Assembly: GCF_038025025.1 (NCBI RefSeq)
Contig: NW_027117342.1
Span: 1,922,001 to 1,986,000 of the forward strand
Source: Phyllosticta citribraziliensis
Taxonomy: Eukaryota
Direction: 5' to 3'
Length of the DNA stretch: 64,000 nt
Under the pieces are notes generated by a model. The model was given only the letters and a program-made list of their open reading frames with translations, had not been told where the DNA came from and ran no database searches. This document shows, piece by piece, positions 44,063-59,037 of this stretch. How positions within the stretch are numbered: position 1 is the first letter of the stretch; each line of letters begins with the position of its first letter. The position numbers were made by a program, and so were the translations under genes.

Positions 44063-47000
44063 TTTCAGGGACACAAGCTTGGGCAACGCAGCTTGGTCTG
44101 GCCCTTATTTTGGTTTCCGTCACCTGATTCCGTCAATCGGGTTCTGTTCACCTGCTCAGAGGTGTTGGCGTTTTGGTCGGAAATTGCATCAACATTTCCA
44201 TACAACCTGCTTGTTCCCCTCGGATGGCAGAACAAGGGTGTAAATAAAATGCATGAACGTTCGACTGTCACTGAAGCTCTGGGTGGCCAGCAGCGCGAGA
44301 AAAGCACCATTTCCTGTGAGCAAGGGGTATTCAGTTCCCCAGTCTCGTGCCCCGTTGTCCAGGGTCAAAGCCGCCACTCGCAAGCGTTGCAGGCCGCCCC
44401 CGCACCAACGAGTTGCCCGTGCCACGCCGGAGACAACGGGCCAGAAAACGCCAACATACTGTGCCTACAGGCTCATCGCTTACTCACTTTCGCTGGCGTT
44501 TGCGATTGCTCACCTCTCACCAACTCAACACGGCGCAATGAGGCGGCAATGACCGGTCATTGTTCACTTTGTTGTTCTCGGTCATTTGTGCTACGTACGC
44601 CGGCTGGCTCACCTCGTGGCGCCCCAGCAACCAATCTCCCGATCTGTCGCCGTTCGCCTACGATCTACCAACCGCAATAGCTGGCCTGGGCTCGGATCAC
44701 GCCCGTTTACGAACAGACCCGGGCGTGATGGGGACAGTCCAGGTCCCGCCTTTTACTCCGACGCTAATTTGCTGCTCCTCCCGCAGTGATAGACTGCGTC
44801 TGTCATGCCTATGTTGTCTTACCGTTGAGGAGACATTCCCGGAACCAGTGATCGACGCACACTGAACTGGGTATCAAGAGCCCGAGGTTGTGAATCCTGT
44901 TGCAGTGGAACTGAGCTCAAAGTTGATCTCGTTCGCTTACCGACCCTGCCAACACGGTCAATTGTGCAACCAAGAAGATGCCCTGGATTTGTTTTCGACC
45001 TCAGAGATACAGATGGATTTATCAAAATTTGCATGCGACCACACTGCTCTTGGTGTTGGGAGAACTTTCGACCTCGCCTGAGGTTGTGACGAGCTTCGAA
45101 ATTCCCTCAGGAGCCAGCAAGCACGACATGGGCCTACGGCACCATTGAAGACAACTTCAGGAATCAAGGAGAATGTCATATGTGCGATGCCTTCATGCAA
45201 GAGTGGACTTGTCATGGAATCTTGCACGTGTCCAGTCAAATTCGGCCATCCACCGTTCTCTGTCCTCTGCAGTCGTTCTTTTTTCTTTTTTCTGTCTTTC
45301 TTTTCGGCCTAGAGGTTTCTTTTGCTCGTGCCTTTACCCACGAAGCATCGAGAATAAGGCTTCCGGCAGCTGCGGAATTGGCGTTCCACTTCATGCTGTG
45401 CATGCAGTCTTTCAGTCTCGATAAACACGAGTCACGCGCAGATGCTGTATCTTCCAGGCTGATTTAAACTTTCAAAGCCGCGTCTAGATGCTACCACACG
45501 CGCCTTGTCGTGAGCTGGTTTCGGAAGGGCCCCAAGGAAATACGTGTTCATTTGGACTTGCATCTTGCGGCAAGTTCCGAACAATGCACCGATCGCCGTT
45601 ATGAATCTTTTGGGGGTATTTGCAAGTTCCAGTTGAGCCAGAACCAGAGACTCCAGTGGAATTCGGGTGTTGATGGCGCGGACCAATATTTCGAGTGTGA
45701 CGGGTAGGAACGACCTCAGCTTCCTTTGGCATAATGCAAGATTTTTCGACTTCCACTTGACTGTTCTCATCGGTCGTTGCACGAGCTGGTCGACTCTTTT
45801 TGAGGTTCCATCTTGACTCTCCGTTGATCTGTCGCCCCATTATCAGCGAATTTCGAACTAGCACGAGTTTGGAGACAAGAAAATTGTGTGCCTTTAGAGA
45901 CCCTTGGATTTGAGAGCTGCTCTTGTTCGGCTTTCGCATTGGCTGGCGACGAAGGCGTAAGCGCGCCCACTCTTATCTGCGGGCCCTGCGGCACCTTCAG
46001 CGCTGTATACAGCAAGGATACAATTGCGATGTCTCCCCGATGGAGAGATCCTTTGCATGATGGCTAGAGCGCATCCTTCTACCCCACAACGAAACTCCCC
46101 CTTGATTTGTACAGGTTCAAAAGCCGACACCATGAATTCGTGTATTCTGAGCCGAAGTCGCCTATAGGCCCGGCATTGAGTCCCAGGGCCTAAACTTTTG
46201 TCCAGTGGCACAGACGGTTTGCTTGTACTAAATCCTTAATAACGGCGTCATTCCGTTTGCGCGCGGCAATGATCTCCGCAGTCGACGCTCCAACGTAAGC
46301 ACTACTCGCCTAACGTTTCCCTTTAGGAACACGAAATCTAATGAGCAGATGGCTACGTGGGTCGCGTCTGAAGGCGCCGAGACCAAGAAAGCTCCACATC
46401 TCCTCATCCTTGCGATATCCCTTCAACTGCTAAGATTGTTGAACGAGTCAATCACGATCCTTGATGCAGCAAGTTTCTCATTGGATTTTCAATTGAGAGT
46501 GAATCAACTCCTGTTGTAGAATCGACAATTTTGTCTGATTCTGCAAGCAAGTCCGTCGTTGTCACTCTGTCGCCTCTGCTGGAAATTCCACTACAAAACT
46601 TTCGGTGACTGGACACAAAGTTCGCCTTTTAGCTGCATCGACTAGTCATTGGCAGCTTGTGCAAAGACCAGCTCATGGCATGAGCTTGTACTGTCCCAGT
46701 GTGCACATGCCGCTCGGCCCGGCCCGGGCCCTGGCATTTGGAAGAGGCCATTGAGCCAATAGCACGTTGACAGAGCTCAGAGAAATCAGGACACCAAACT
46801 CGATGGAGTCGACCGCTGCACATGGCGGTGGGCATTTTGCGCTTTCAGGCAAGGCACCTTTCCCGACCAACTAACTCACTCTATGCCATGACTATGGGGG
46901 CGCTGAGTCGCACTGCAAAAACAGTGTCCCAGAAGAGATAATTCAGGGAGCTAGGTCACATACACCGTGCTTTAATCAGCAGGAGCTTCAACGAGCACAG

Positions 47001-50000
47001 AGTCAGTGTCAACCTTAGAAATCTCACGTACTCAGCCTGGAAACGCCGTTCATGTTCCACAACGCACTGTCAACAGCAGCTCGGTCCCTCCGGTTCCCCC
47101 AACGGATTGCACGTGTGGCAAAATGCCAAGGGACTCGGAGCATGCTCCGCTGGACGGGATGCTGAGATGATGCGAAGTTGTTTCACTACCAAACAATGGT
47201 ACTAACAGAAGCAATAGGTTCCAAGACACCGCATGGCCACAACCTGAGAGACTCGAGCTGATTGACACGCAAGGCAGTGTAGATCCTTTTCACATGCCCC
47301 AGCAAGGCTTCTACAGCGAAGATGCACGTCGATATGATACATTCCATTACGTTCAGGCTACGTCAGTATGCTTCGAATACGGAAGGCCTATCCACTATCT
47401 GTTTGGGCCAGTCCAGGCGGCTACCATTTCGACTACCGGAGAACGTTAACCAAATGAGCCCTGCTTAAACGCCCTCGGGCACTCATGTCCAATGGTAAAG
47501 GAGGTAGATGCCTGCCGGACGTGGCTCCGAAACTTCCAATCCAGTTCAGGAGTACTCAAAATGTCACACCCGAGCGCAGGAAACCATGCACATGGAGTCT
47601 CGAATCCAGGAAACTGGCAACAGCCGCCCGATAAAGGTAAACTCTTGCACTCAAAGGCTTCCAAAAGTAAGTCGGGCAAAGAAGCGGAATTCAAGCAAGT
47701 TTCGAACGATCGGTCATTGGTGGCCGAGTTCCGAGTTCTGCAAAGGTGTCTACCACTGCGAGCGAGTCATCACGTCATACAACGCAAAGGCGGCCGGTAA
47801 GCAGGGTAGTGTGGCGGAGGAAGTCCCGGGAGCAAGGTGCGGGCCCGACAGAAGTGACCACAAAGGAGCCCATGCATTACACAAGAAGCCAAGGAGGGAT
47901 TGCTTGATCTACAGAACGACAGGTGCAAGCATCCAGACCCACCGAATGGGCGGAGGCGTCTACAGCGGCGGCAGCAAAGTCAGCCTCTCCGAGCCTCTCA
48001 CTGTTACCTTTCTCCTGGAACGTGCAACGCTTGATGCAACGGCGCGGTCCAGACATCCCAATACCTGCAAGTATGCCTCATGTACGTGTATGACCACGTG
48101 TGTCTGACAGGGATGGGTTGTAGAAAAAGGAACCCGCCCACATACACGACGCGCGCAACGAACGCTCCGCGGCCAAAAACCACAGGTCCAATTTACATGC
48201 ACAACGAGCCTCGATCGGCCGGTTCTCTCCGCAATGCGTTCCCGCCGCTCATCACCCGAGGACGGGGGGCTGAGCGAGCTAGCCCCTCACTCTCTTCGCG
48301 CTCTCACCTCACCCTGCAAGATCAGAGCTGGTCACGGATGTATGTACTCTTTGTCTAGCCAAATTACCCGGCTTTCCTGATCTCATGGCCAGTCCTAGCA
48401 CACCCTCCGGACGACTGTGGACCTTACCAGCGTTTTACGACGGCGGCGCCGTGTTCATCCCTTAGCGAGCTCGCAGGCAGACGGGAGAGCGAGCCGGCCA
48501 CTGACAACGGGGTAATCTTCAAAGCAACAATGGCCTGATTACTTGCCAGCGAATGGACTGGTGGAAGCTGAGTGTCATTGTGATGCGGCCTGGAGCGTGG
48601 CTCAGAGTGTCTTATCCCGCGACAGACAGTCTCGAATCACGGCGCTACCTCCGCCTCTCAGGAGAGATGTTCGCCAACCGGTGGTTCCTTTTTTCCTGAA
48701 TAAGCCAGTCCCTCGCAGTGGTGATGCAAGATTCATCATCTGGATTCTGCGACTTTGCTTGCAAAAAATGACGTCTTCTGGAGAGTGGGATGAGGCAGCA
48801 TGGGCCGTCTTCGTTGCCCGACGGGCTTCCAGAACCGCAGTGTTGAGCCGTCTCAAACAACCATCCCACACCACGTGTGCGCATCAAAAAGGAAAACAAA
48901 CCCACCGGCCAAAGGAATAGTGGGACTGACTCCGCTACTGTCAGGGGACCAGTCGAATGTCTTGAACCGCAAACTCTCTGTATCCATGCCGCCGAATGAT
49001 GAGACAAGGTCATTCTCGTAAGGCCACCTCAACAGCACATGCACATCGATATCGGAATACCAGAAGACATCACTGCAACCGCATGGTACCAAAAGGACAC
49101 TCACTGCGAATCGATCTCGCGCTGGCGGAAGAAATAAACGAGCAATCAAGGCCCGATTGATCTGGATGAAGGAAGAGACATCTGCTTGGTGCTTGTGGCA
49201 GTGGCCTGTCACCTTTCACTTGGATGCTTTCACCGCTATCAGCTACCCTCATCCAGTCGTTTCAGTCAGCTTCTGTCTCTTTATTTTTCATGCTCGGGGA
49301 GGACGTGGTGCTCGTGTCTTCAGGCACCTTCCCGCTTTTTTCTCCTTTTACCGACAGATGCCAGTGAGTGACCAATACTGGTATTTACAGCCAGTGCCCG
49401 GGAATCACCTCAGACCATTCGTTCAAGGAAGGTGGTCAGTCGGCGCGGCACCAAGCCATGGCTTCGCATTCAGCAGCGACTCCCTTTTTCAGTCCATCAC
49501 TGAAAAACTTGATCCCCCATTTTACTCTACTTTTCTTCTCCTGTGTGCGCACACTTCACGGCACTTGCGCCGACCACAACAAGCAACATGGAAACATCAC
49601 GGTGTGCTTAGAAAAGCACGCCAGAGCTTCGCACCTTCTTTCCCTCGCTCTCCTTTTTCTTCGCGCCTACACATCGTTTAATTGCTCATCTTCCGCCGTC
49701 AAGACAAGATTATTGCAGATTTGCGGCTTTCACAAGACGCCCAAAGCCCAGCAGACGGAGCTCTTCCACCACGTTCGTCCAGGCCCACGGCGACCGCTTG
49801 GGGAGAATTTCGCGTTAAATTAAGAAATCTCAACGACGGACTGACGTCGAAATAATAAGTGGGTATACAGGGATCTAATGGGGGAAGGCGGTTGCCCGTT
49901 GCAGTTGAGCTAGGTGATGCGCCTCCGTGAGCGCGACGTCATGTGGAATCTAGTGCGACCTGGTGATCTCAAAATGGGGCGTTTTTCACTTCAGAAGCTT

Positions 50001-50542
50001 TTCCTTCTTGCACTTGTTTTGTTGCGCGCAGACGTGGGCATGTTCTCAAGTTGAATTTCCCGGCCGTCCGCACCCGTGCAAGAGTAAGACGCAAATTGGA
50101 AGTGCGGCCCAGAGACCCTTTCCACATGCGTCGGTGCGCATGTGCAAGACTCTTTCATAAAGTATTAGAATGACTGAGCAAGCAGGCCGAAAGTCTGCTC
50201 ATCTATTACAGCATCCCCGCCCCCCCTAAAATACAAAAAGCAATGTACTCTTGTTCGTGCATGCAAAACACACGTCCAACGTATGCACAGCGTGGTAGAA
50301 AGGAACTGGAAGCATCCAACGCGGGAAGGAAAAACGATGGACCAAGCCGCGAGAAAACACATTCAACTTTTGACACACAAGTTCTGACCTGCATTCCAAC
50401 CAACGTTCCCTCTACCACGCCGGGGACCGGAGAGTGCTACCACGATACGCTGGGCTGTCCGGCAGGGCCACCAGAGCCAACCAGACACTTTACTGAGCTG
50501 AAAGTTGTCAGTGGGAGACAATCAGATAGAGGCAGCATCAGG

Positions 50543-50920
50543 TTAGATCACCTTGGTCAAGTTGTCGATCTTGGAGTTAGCCTTGGCAAGTGCATACTCA
50601 AGCTCCTCGACGGCTGACCGCAATCTCTCCACCTCTCGGGTCTGGTCCTTTGTGTACTTCCTTGCTCGGCGGAAGCCAATGGCCTGGTCCAAAGCGGATT
50701 TTTCCCGGTTACAGTCAAAGGTAATGCGCCTGGCTTCGCGCAGCATTTCTACCCCGTCTTCTATTGCGGCTTGCTTGACCATTTCCCGGCTGGCATTCGC
50801 GAATTTTGGCCATCTGTAGTCTTCGGGCACTTTCGAGGACAACCAGGATTCAGCGGCAGCGCGCGACGCCATGTGAGATGGACGGGCATCTCTCTCCACA
50901 GCGATGTTGAGGAGCCTCAC
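50543..50920 (-). CDS. Hypothetical small protein with C-terminal coiled coil; 5' end unresolved
   Basis: Heptad pattern VERLRSAVEELEYALAKANSKIDNL. The ORF-track start is GTG, so the true start or an upstream exon is uncertain. Confidence 0.4.
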   Translation of the reverse strand: MRLLNIAVERDARPSHMASRAAAESWLSSKVPEDYRWPKFANASREMVKQAAIEDGVEMLREARRITFDCNREKSALDQAIGFRRARKYTKDQTREVERLRSAVEELEYALAKANSKIDNLTKVI

Positions 50921-51569
50921 GACCGAGATGAACCGGGCGCCTGCGGCTTGTGTCAGTGATGAACCAGTACAATGCGGCAGCTAAACACCCGCCATCAGTG
51001 AAGAACCGAAGTCTCCCACGCCGGAAACGCCGGGTCTGCGGATACGGCTCTGTTACCAAGGTCGGTGTCGGTGACAGCGACATGTTTTCGAAGGGCGAAT
51101 GAGAAAGGGGGATAAATAGACCAAACGATGAGTGAGAGATCGCTGGCGCGAGGTAACGATGGCCTCAACGAAGACGGGACTATGAGAATGGATAGTGGAA
51201 GGTCATCGCTCGAAAGTGGACATTTTATTCATGAAAGCGCAAGCTGGACACGCAGGCATTCGTGTTGTTGCATGTTGCCGAATTCAGCAGCCTTGTGTCT
51301 GCCTTCTCCTTCTCCTTCAACCTTTCCTCGCGGAAGGCACCTCAACACCACGGCTCGAAATGACGACAGGAGAGGAGAGATGCTCCGGCACCTCGACACC
51401 ACAGCTCAAGATGATGATGAACGCCGAGAAACGCTTGTGGACTGAAAGGAAAATTTTGAGCACAAGACAAGTCTCGAAGCAATTCAACGGCCTTCTCACC
51501 CCTGACTCCTTGCCAAGGTTGCTTCCGCTTTTCGGCCTCCGGAAACAAAAGTTCGTCCCATCTCTTATT

Positions 51570-51597
51570 GCAAAACGCAAAACGCAAAACGCAAAAC
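51570..51597. repeat. (GCAAAAC)4 microsatellite
   Basis: Four perfect copies, directly visible. Confidence 0.95.
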
Positions 51598-52252
51598 TCA
51601 CGCGACAAGGAACTTGAATGGATTCGTAACGTCGCAGGTGGTGCAGCGCACGACACCTCGTTGTCTCGACCGTTGCGCAAAAATACCGGTAGCTCTCCCG
51701 GCCGACCGCCCTTTTTACCAATCTTTGCAAGAGCCGCGAGCCATCTCACCAAGACTCGGTTGGCGCGAAAGTAAAATGTATCGCAGTCGCCAAGCGCCAA
51801 GCAAGAGGGGCAGGCTTCCAGTCAAATGTCAGCTCGCTCGCACGCGTCTGGCCAAAGGCTTCCAATTTGCTTGAGCAACCTTAATCCAACGGCTCACGCT
51901 CTCAATCTGGAATCTCCAACTCCTCAACCGAAAGACAATCTGCGCCACAGCCACCTTGGCAGCGCGCCACAACCATGGCGACAACGCTCCAAACAGAGCT
52001 CTCGAGGCCGCAACGGGGTCGCCTTTGCTGCGACGAGCGAGCTGGAGCGTCTGTGCCGTAGTCGACTCGGAGCTGTGGCACAGCGTCGACGGCCGGCGCC
52101 ATGGTTTCTCCCCGCGCTCAGATGCAGGACGTGTACCGTGTGTTTATAGCGCCCACTCCCCTGCTGGGCCCTCGACGTGTTTCGAAACGTTCCTGACGCT
52201 ATCCTCTTCCCCGTTAACCAATCGTGCCACCCATCGGCCAGCTTCGTCCATC

Positions 52253-54613
52253 ATGGTGCATCAAAACCGTCTGCTGGCGGGCGCCACACTCACCCTGCTA
52301 GTTGCTTCGGGCTATGCGCAAACCTTCACGCGTCTCGGCACTTGCGGTGACCGCCTTGGTATGTCGTCTTGCTCCTTGCCGCGGCCACCACGTGAAGTCG
52401 AACTGAGCTGATTGTCGTGCCAGGCTGCTGCTTTCCTCCCGATCAGTGAGCCCTCCAAGTGTCTTAGGACTAGTGCCGCATGGTTCAAGGGAACTTGCAT
52501 AAGCTAATATGGACAGGGCGGATTTCTTGGCTGGCCAATTCTTCGACATTCGTCTCGAAGTCCATGCTCCGCAGAATGGTTCGCAAGCAAGACCAGGCGA
52601 GCCGGATGAAAACTTCACCTTTACGATTGAAAAGGTCGGCGGCGAGCCAGCTCGCGCTGCTACCGACTATTTTGGCGTAGAAGAACCAAAACTCGAACGG
52701 TGGAATTTCACGTGGTATGAAGGTGCGTTGGACGGGGATCACCGGTTGAGGAATTCTGAAGCACAGGTGCGCTAAACTAGCACAGATCTGTTTGCTCAAG
52801 ATGCAAAGACACCATCGCTCGTCGAAGTCGCTGCCAAGGCTTACCGCAAAGTTGCTCTGTACGAGCCTGGAGAGTATGTCGCCACGCTGAAGTATTATAA
52901 CGGCGAGGAGACCAAATCCACCTGGACGGTGCGAGACATCGATGAAGCGCGGAAGACGAAGAACATCATCCTCTTCATTGGCGACGGAATGACCACAAAC
53001 ATGATCACTGCTGCGCGCCTGATTGCTCACAAGAGCGTCAATGGTAAATATCAGTCGAAGATGGTGAGTACTTACGATTCTCGCGGTTGAAATGACCAGC
53101 TCACAACCCCAGGCGATGGACAAGTTCCCCATGCTTGGCCACCAAATGACGCATTCAATTGATTCCTTCATTACCGACTCCGCCAACTCGGCGACTGCGC
53201 TCTACACCGGACACAAGAGCACTGTCAATGCGCTCTCCGTCTACGCTGATAGCAGCAAAGACCCTTTTGATGACCCCAAGGTCGAAACAATTGTCGAGCT
53301 CTTCAATCGTCTCTACGGCGGCCACATTGGCATTGTGTCGACTGCATTCATCGCCGAGTAAGACTACTCCTCCAATCCCCGTTTGCGGAGTTGCTGACCC
53401 TGGGTAGCGCCACGCCGGCTGCTCTGACTGCACACACACGTGACCGAGATCTTTACCCCCAGATTGTTGACACCTTCTTGAACGGCATCACCAATTACAC
53501 GTGGGTCAACTGGACCGGCCCAGATGTGTTGTTTGGCGGTGGCGGAGAGCAGTTTTACAACTCGTCCAAAGGAGGCAAGACTTACGAAGACAAGGACTAT
53601 TACGAGGAATTTAGAAAGCACGACTACCAAGTCGTGCTGAATAACGAAGAGTTGGCCTCGGCCAAAAATGAGAAGCGAACCCTGGGAATCTTTACGACAT
53701 CCAACATGGCCAAGTGGCTGGATCGAAATGTAGGCTCTTCTTCGCACCCAATCCGGAAACACCGTTTTCTGACGACTTCTCCCAGGTATACCAAGATAAT
53801 CTTAATTTGACCAAGGACCCAAGCGGTGACGGGAAAGCAGCGACAGACCAGCCTGGCCTCAAAGAGATGACTCTCAAGGCCCTCGACATTCTGACGGCCC
53901 GCAGCGCCGAGGATGGCGCAGGCTGGTTCATGATGTCTGAGGCCGCGTCTATCGACAAGATGATGCATGTCTTGGACTACGACCGAGCGCTTGGCGAGCT
54001 GCTCGAACTTGACGACACGATCAAAGCTGTCGTAGATCGCCTCAATGCGACGGATCAATTAAAGGAAACCCTGGTGCTTGTGACTGCGGACCATGGACAC
54101 GGATTTGACGTCATGGGCAGTGTCGACACAAAGTACCTCCAGGAGCAAAAAGATGATCGTCGCAAGCGCGCTGCCGTTGGCACGTACCAAAAGAGCGGTC
54201 TCAGCCAGTACACCCTGACTGGAAATCTCACATACACCGAAGGCGTGCATTTTCCGTCGAATTGGGACCCGCGATACACGTTGTTCCAGGGCGTCAGCGC
54301 GGACCCTGACCGGCATGAAAACTACCAGGTGCGAAAGGACGGGCCTCGGTCGCCGGCAGTGAACCTCACCAAAAATACCAAGACACCGGAAGGGTACTAC
54401 GCCAATCCCAAGGATGAGAGAGGTGGATTCTTGGTCAACGGGACTTTGCCTGTGGAAGATTCCCAAGGAGTGCATTCGTTGACCGATGTGCCAGTGTTTG
54501 CCATGGGGCCTTGTCAGGAGTTGTTTGGTGGTGTGTACTCGTCCATCGACGTCTTTTTCGGAATGGCCGAGTGCCTGGGATTGAGCCGGAAGACGAAGCC
54601 TCCGAAGGGCTGA
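52253..54613 (+). CDS. Secreted alkaline phosphatase (PhoA/ALP family), multi-exon
   Basis: Signal peptide MVHQNRLLAGATLTLLVASGYAQ; KNIILFIGDGM, ITDSANSATA (catalytic Ser), EAASIDKMMH, VTADHGH and HSLTDVPVFAMGP. Confidence 0.95.
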
Positions 54614-55376
54614 TGAGGTGTGGAACGCATCGATTCGGTAATGGCCTGTTGTGGGTCCTGGACTATAATGAAGTGATTTACAGTAGCCGAAGAGGCGAGC
54701 TAGAGTAATTTGTCAATTGTCTCAAGTGCCGTCCAGAGCCTAATGTCGATCGGAAACCGGCGGTAGGTTAATGGCTCGGTCGACGGAGCCGGACGTGCGG
54801 AGGATGTAGGAGTGAAGCGGGGCTTAGAGCTCCCGCAAAAAGCAAGCATGCAGCGGTTAAGAAGATGGCGACAAGCGCCAAGGGGAATCGGGGCGCGTTG
54901 GCGACGCGGGAGATGCGGAGGACGGGGGGACGATAGGGCTGTTGTGGTGTTGACTTGCGAGATGACATCGGTCAGTGCCGACGAGCCTGATGCCAAGACC
55001 CCACCGAGAATCACAGCGAGGGCAGCGGAGCCTTTCTCTACCCTCTCCAAGTCCTTTGTGTGCGCACACGACCAAGACTCTCGACTTCCGTTTTTGCTTC
55101 CTTTGCACTATCGCCAATCTTGGTCTGAACTGCTCGCCTCTCTGTTCCGGAGCGCCTTCCGTCCAACGACTGCTTTTCGACTCGAGCGTTGCATCCGTTT
55201 CCATCTTCACATGGCTGCCCGATGACCACCTAGATACATCAACTAGTTTTTCGACAACCACCCCGCGAGCAATCGAAAACCAATCGCCACCTCACCTTGT
55301 CCACTCTGAGCTCGCGCCACGTCATCATAGCCTCGAGCCTGTGCTAGCAAGCTCATAGCATCCTTGGTGGCGGAGG

Positions 55377-58300
55377 ATGGAGACGCAGGTTCGACTTGCC
55401 ATGTACAAAATTCTCAACACCTCGGCGCCGCTGACATGATGCCGCAAACAGGTTGAAAATGCTATCCAGATAGCCTGGAATCCTGCGGCCGACAACGAAA
55501 TCAAGACCCAAGCAATCAACTTCCTCAACCAACTCCGAGCCGAGCCCACCGCAGCCTGGCAGATTTGCCTCGCCCTCTTCACCCGGACTCCGCGGGCTGA
55601 CGAAGTAGTGCGCCATGTTGCCCTCGAAATCGTCAACCTGGCTGTTCAGCAGCTGGACGCACAAAACCTGGCGCTGATCAAAGACAACCTCTGGAACCAC
55701 ATCCGTCAAACCTACGGGTCCGGAAATGGCGAAGCGGTCGACACGGCGCACATACAGAACAAGCTCACGCAAACCATTACCTACCTCTTCACCGTCCTGT
55801 ACCCATCTGCGTGGGAATCCTTCTTCGACGACTTCAGAGCGCTCGCCGGAGATGCTGCAGCAATCGGCACAACCAACCCTATCACCACCCTGCTATATCT
55901 GCGCCTGCTTGGATCGATCCACGACGAGGTTGCAGATGTCCTCATGTCGCGGTCGCCTGAAGAATCGAAGCGCAACCAAGAGTTGAAGGATCACATCAGA
56001 GGCAGGGATGCTCAAAAAATCTCGATATCCTGGCAGGAGGTCCTGGCGAAGTGGAGGCAGACTGATTTGGGCATTGTAGAGATGTGTTTGAAGACGATTG
56101 CGAAATGGGTTAGCTGGATCGACATATCCTTAGTCGTCAATGAGGCTTTGCTCAACAATCTCTTCGAAATTGCCGGTCAGCAGGGGGTCCTATCCTCGGA
56201 CGTACCCGAGGCCAGGGTCCGGGACGCTGCCATCGATACCTTCACCGAGACTGTAGCAAAGAAGATGAAGGCGTCTGACAAGGTCCAACTAATCAGTTTC
56301 CTCAACCTGGGCAACGTGGTCGGCCAGCTCATTGGCAGCCCCGGCCTCGCAGACCAATCCGTGTCTACCTACGACAATGATTTGGCTGAGACCGTTGCTA
56401 AGCTCGTCAACACGACTTTGACAGATATTGTGAAGATTCTCGACACCGACTCTACCGACGACAGCACCAAAGCCCAGGCTAACGAGTTGCTCCGGGTCTT
56501 TGTTCCGTACCTCCTGCGCTTCTTCTCGGACGAGTACGACGAGATTTGCTCGACCGTGATTCCTTCACTCACAGATCTCCTGACCTACTTTCGCAAGATC
56601 GTCAAGACCAACGGCGCGCTGCCTCAAGAGTACTCCTCCATGCTTCATCCCATTCTCGAGGCAATCATTATGAAGATGAAGTACGACTCAACCGCGAATA
56701 TCGTCGACGAAGACGAGCAGACGGATGAGGCCGAGTTTGAAGAATTGCGCAAGCGGCTGCACGTCCTCCAGCAGCAGGTTGCCACCATTGACGAGAACTT
56801 ATACATCGAAACCCTATCAAACAAGATTGCTGGAATTTTGGGCAGCTTCGATCAGCCCGATTCTGGCATGAGCTGGAGGGACGTTGAGTTGGCTCTCCAC
56901 GAGATGTTTTTGTTCGGAGAGCTGGCGGTCAGGAACGGCGGCATGTATGCGAAGAGGGAACCATCTTCGCTAGCAGCGGCAAGATTGATCGAAATGATGA
57001 CCAAAATGGTCGAGTCCAGTAAGTCGAAGTCACCTCTCCATTCTGACACAAAGCTGACTTGCTTCAGATGTCGCCGCCTTTGATAATTACCCCGTGATTC
57101 CCTCGACGTATTTGGAAATCTGCAACCGTTACTCGTCCTTCTTCGAGCAAAACACCTCGCTAATTCCGAGAGTCCTTGAGAATTTTGTGCGCCTGGTTCA
57201 CAGCAGCCACAGGAGACTCAAGCTCCGTTCCTGGTATCTCTTCTCGCGCTTTGTCAAACCTCTTCGCAACCACATTGGACCCCTCTGTCAGACAATTATC
57301 CACGCAATTGGTGATCTTTTGATCATCAAAGCAGAGCTTCCAAATGAAGACGATGACGACATGTCATCTGATGACAATGGCCAATCCTACGATGCCACCT
57401 TTAACAACCAGCTCTACCTCTTTGAAGCGATTGGCCACATGTTGTCTTCTCCGTCTGTCCCAATCGACAGCAAGGTCGTCTACATCAGAGAGGTACTGAA
57501 TCCACTGTTCAGCGATCTGGAGCAGAACCTGGCACCGGCAAAGGGAGGTGACGAGCGTGCCACTACCCAGGTCCACCACCTGATTGAAGCAATCGGCACT
57601 TTGGGACGCGGTCTGGTCGACACTATGCCCGGCGCACATGGTCCAGCACCACCGCCCGAGATATCAGAAGAATTTGTCCGTGCGTCAGAAGCCATCCTCA
57701 TGGCGTTGGAGTCGCTCAACCAATCCATCACCATCCGCACTGCGGCCCGCTTTGCTTTTTCCAGGCTGATTGGTGTTCTCGGCCCGCGAGTCCTACAACA
57801 GCTTCCGCGATGGATTGAAGGACTTCTTTCAGCAAGTTCCACCAAGGACGAAATGGCCACGTTTTTGCGGCTCATCGAGCAAGTCGTGTTTGGGTTCAAG
57901 TCCGAAGTCTTCAACATGCTCGACACTCTCCTGAGCCCGCTTCTTCAGCGCGTCTTCTCTGGTCTTGCGGAACCTACTAATGGAACGGATGATGAGATTC
58001 AGTTGGCCGAGCTCAGACGAGAATACCTTAATTTCCTGCTCGTCATCCTCAACAACGATCTGGCTTCCGTTTTCATCAGCAACGCAAACCAGGCCACTTT
58101 CGACACGATCATCACCACCATCGAGCATTTTGCGCGCGACTCGACCGATTACCCTACGGCTCGTCTTGGCGTCTCTGTCCTCGTCCGCATGACGGCTGTT
58201 TGGGGTGGTCCTGACATTTCACCTAATGATCCATCTGCTCAGCCGAGTCCAACCCTTCCCGGCTTCGAGGCGTTTGTCATGACGAGATTCTCGCCCCTTG

Positions 58301-58560
58301 CTTGGTCTATCCCAACAAGTGCCGGCTTCAACACCAAAGATGCCCAAGCACGCGGAGTCCTCGGGGAGCTGGCTGCCCTGCAGCTAGAGATTTTGAAAAA
58401 GTGCGGTCACTTCTACCTGGAGCGTCTGCGGGGAGAGCTTTTGAGTATGGGCGTCGATGAACAGGGCACGAACGAGTACCTCCACGCCCTCAGTACCAAG
58501 GGTGAGAAGGGATTCAAGCAGTTCTTCCAGCAATTTGTCTCCCGTGCTGCGGGAAACTGA
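55377..58560 (+). CDS. LOS1: Exportin-T (tRNA exportin); introns 55389-55451 and 57019-57068
   Basis: METQ/VENAIQIAWNP...QAINFLNQLR, IQNKLTQT, IHDEVAD, ELKDHIR, WVSWIDISLVVN, RSWYLFSRFVK, NQLYLFEAIG and GTDDEIQLAELRREYLNF; HEAT-like, about 1000 aa. Confidence 0.92.
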
Positions 58561-59037
58561 TGGTGCTCACTCTGCGCGCGCGCCACATCATTTTGGGGAT
58601 GGGCATAATCGCAGTGATGCGCTGCCTGTCAGCTGCACAGCGTTTCATTGACTTTATTTAGTTGAAAATCCTGGCATGACATACCCCTACAGATTACATC
58701 TGGGTCCGACAGTCAAAAGAGCACTCAGCATCACAAAAAACATGAAAAATTCTTTTTTCAAGAGGGGGGCACCATGGCATCACCATTAAGCGGGCTGGAG
58801 GAGGCTTTTGTTTTCAACTTTGCCTTTTGGTGGAGGCAGGCTGGCTAGCAGCTGTCATAGACACTACACAGCTGGCGGCAGCGTGGTCGGTTTTGAGGTT
58901 TTGGCCCCATGGAGAAGCCAGATGGAAATTCAAACCCCATTAGTTCAACTTGGATCCCACACACAAGCGCATGGAGAATGAGAAGCTGCTAACAATGTTC
59001 CAGCCACACACTCAACTCATTTTAGCTACGAGTAGAC

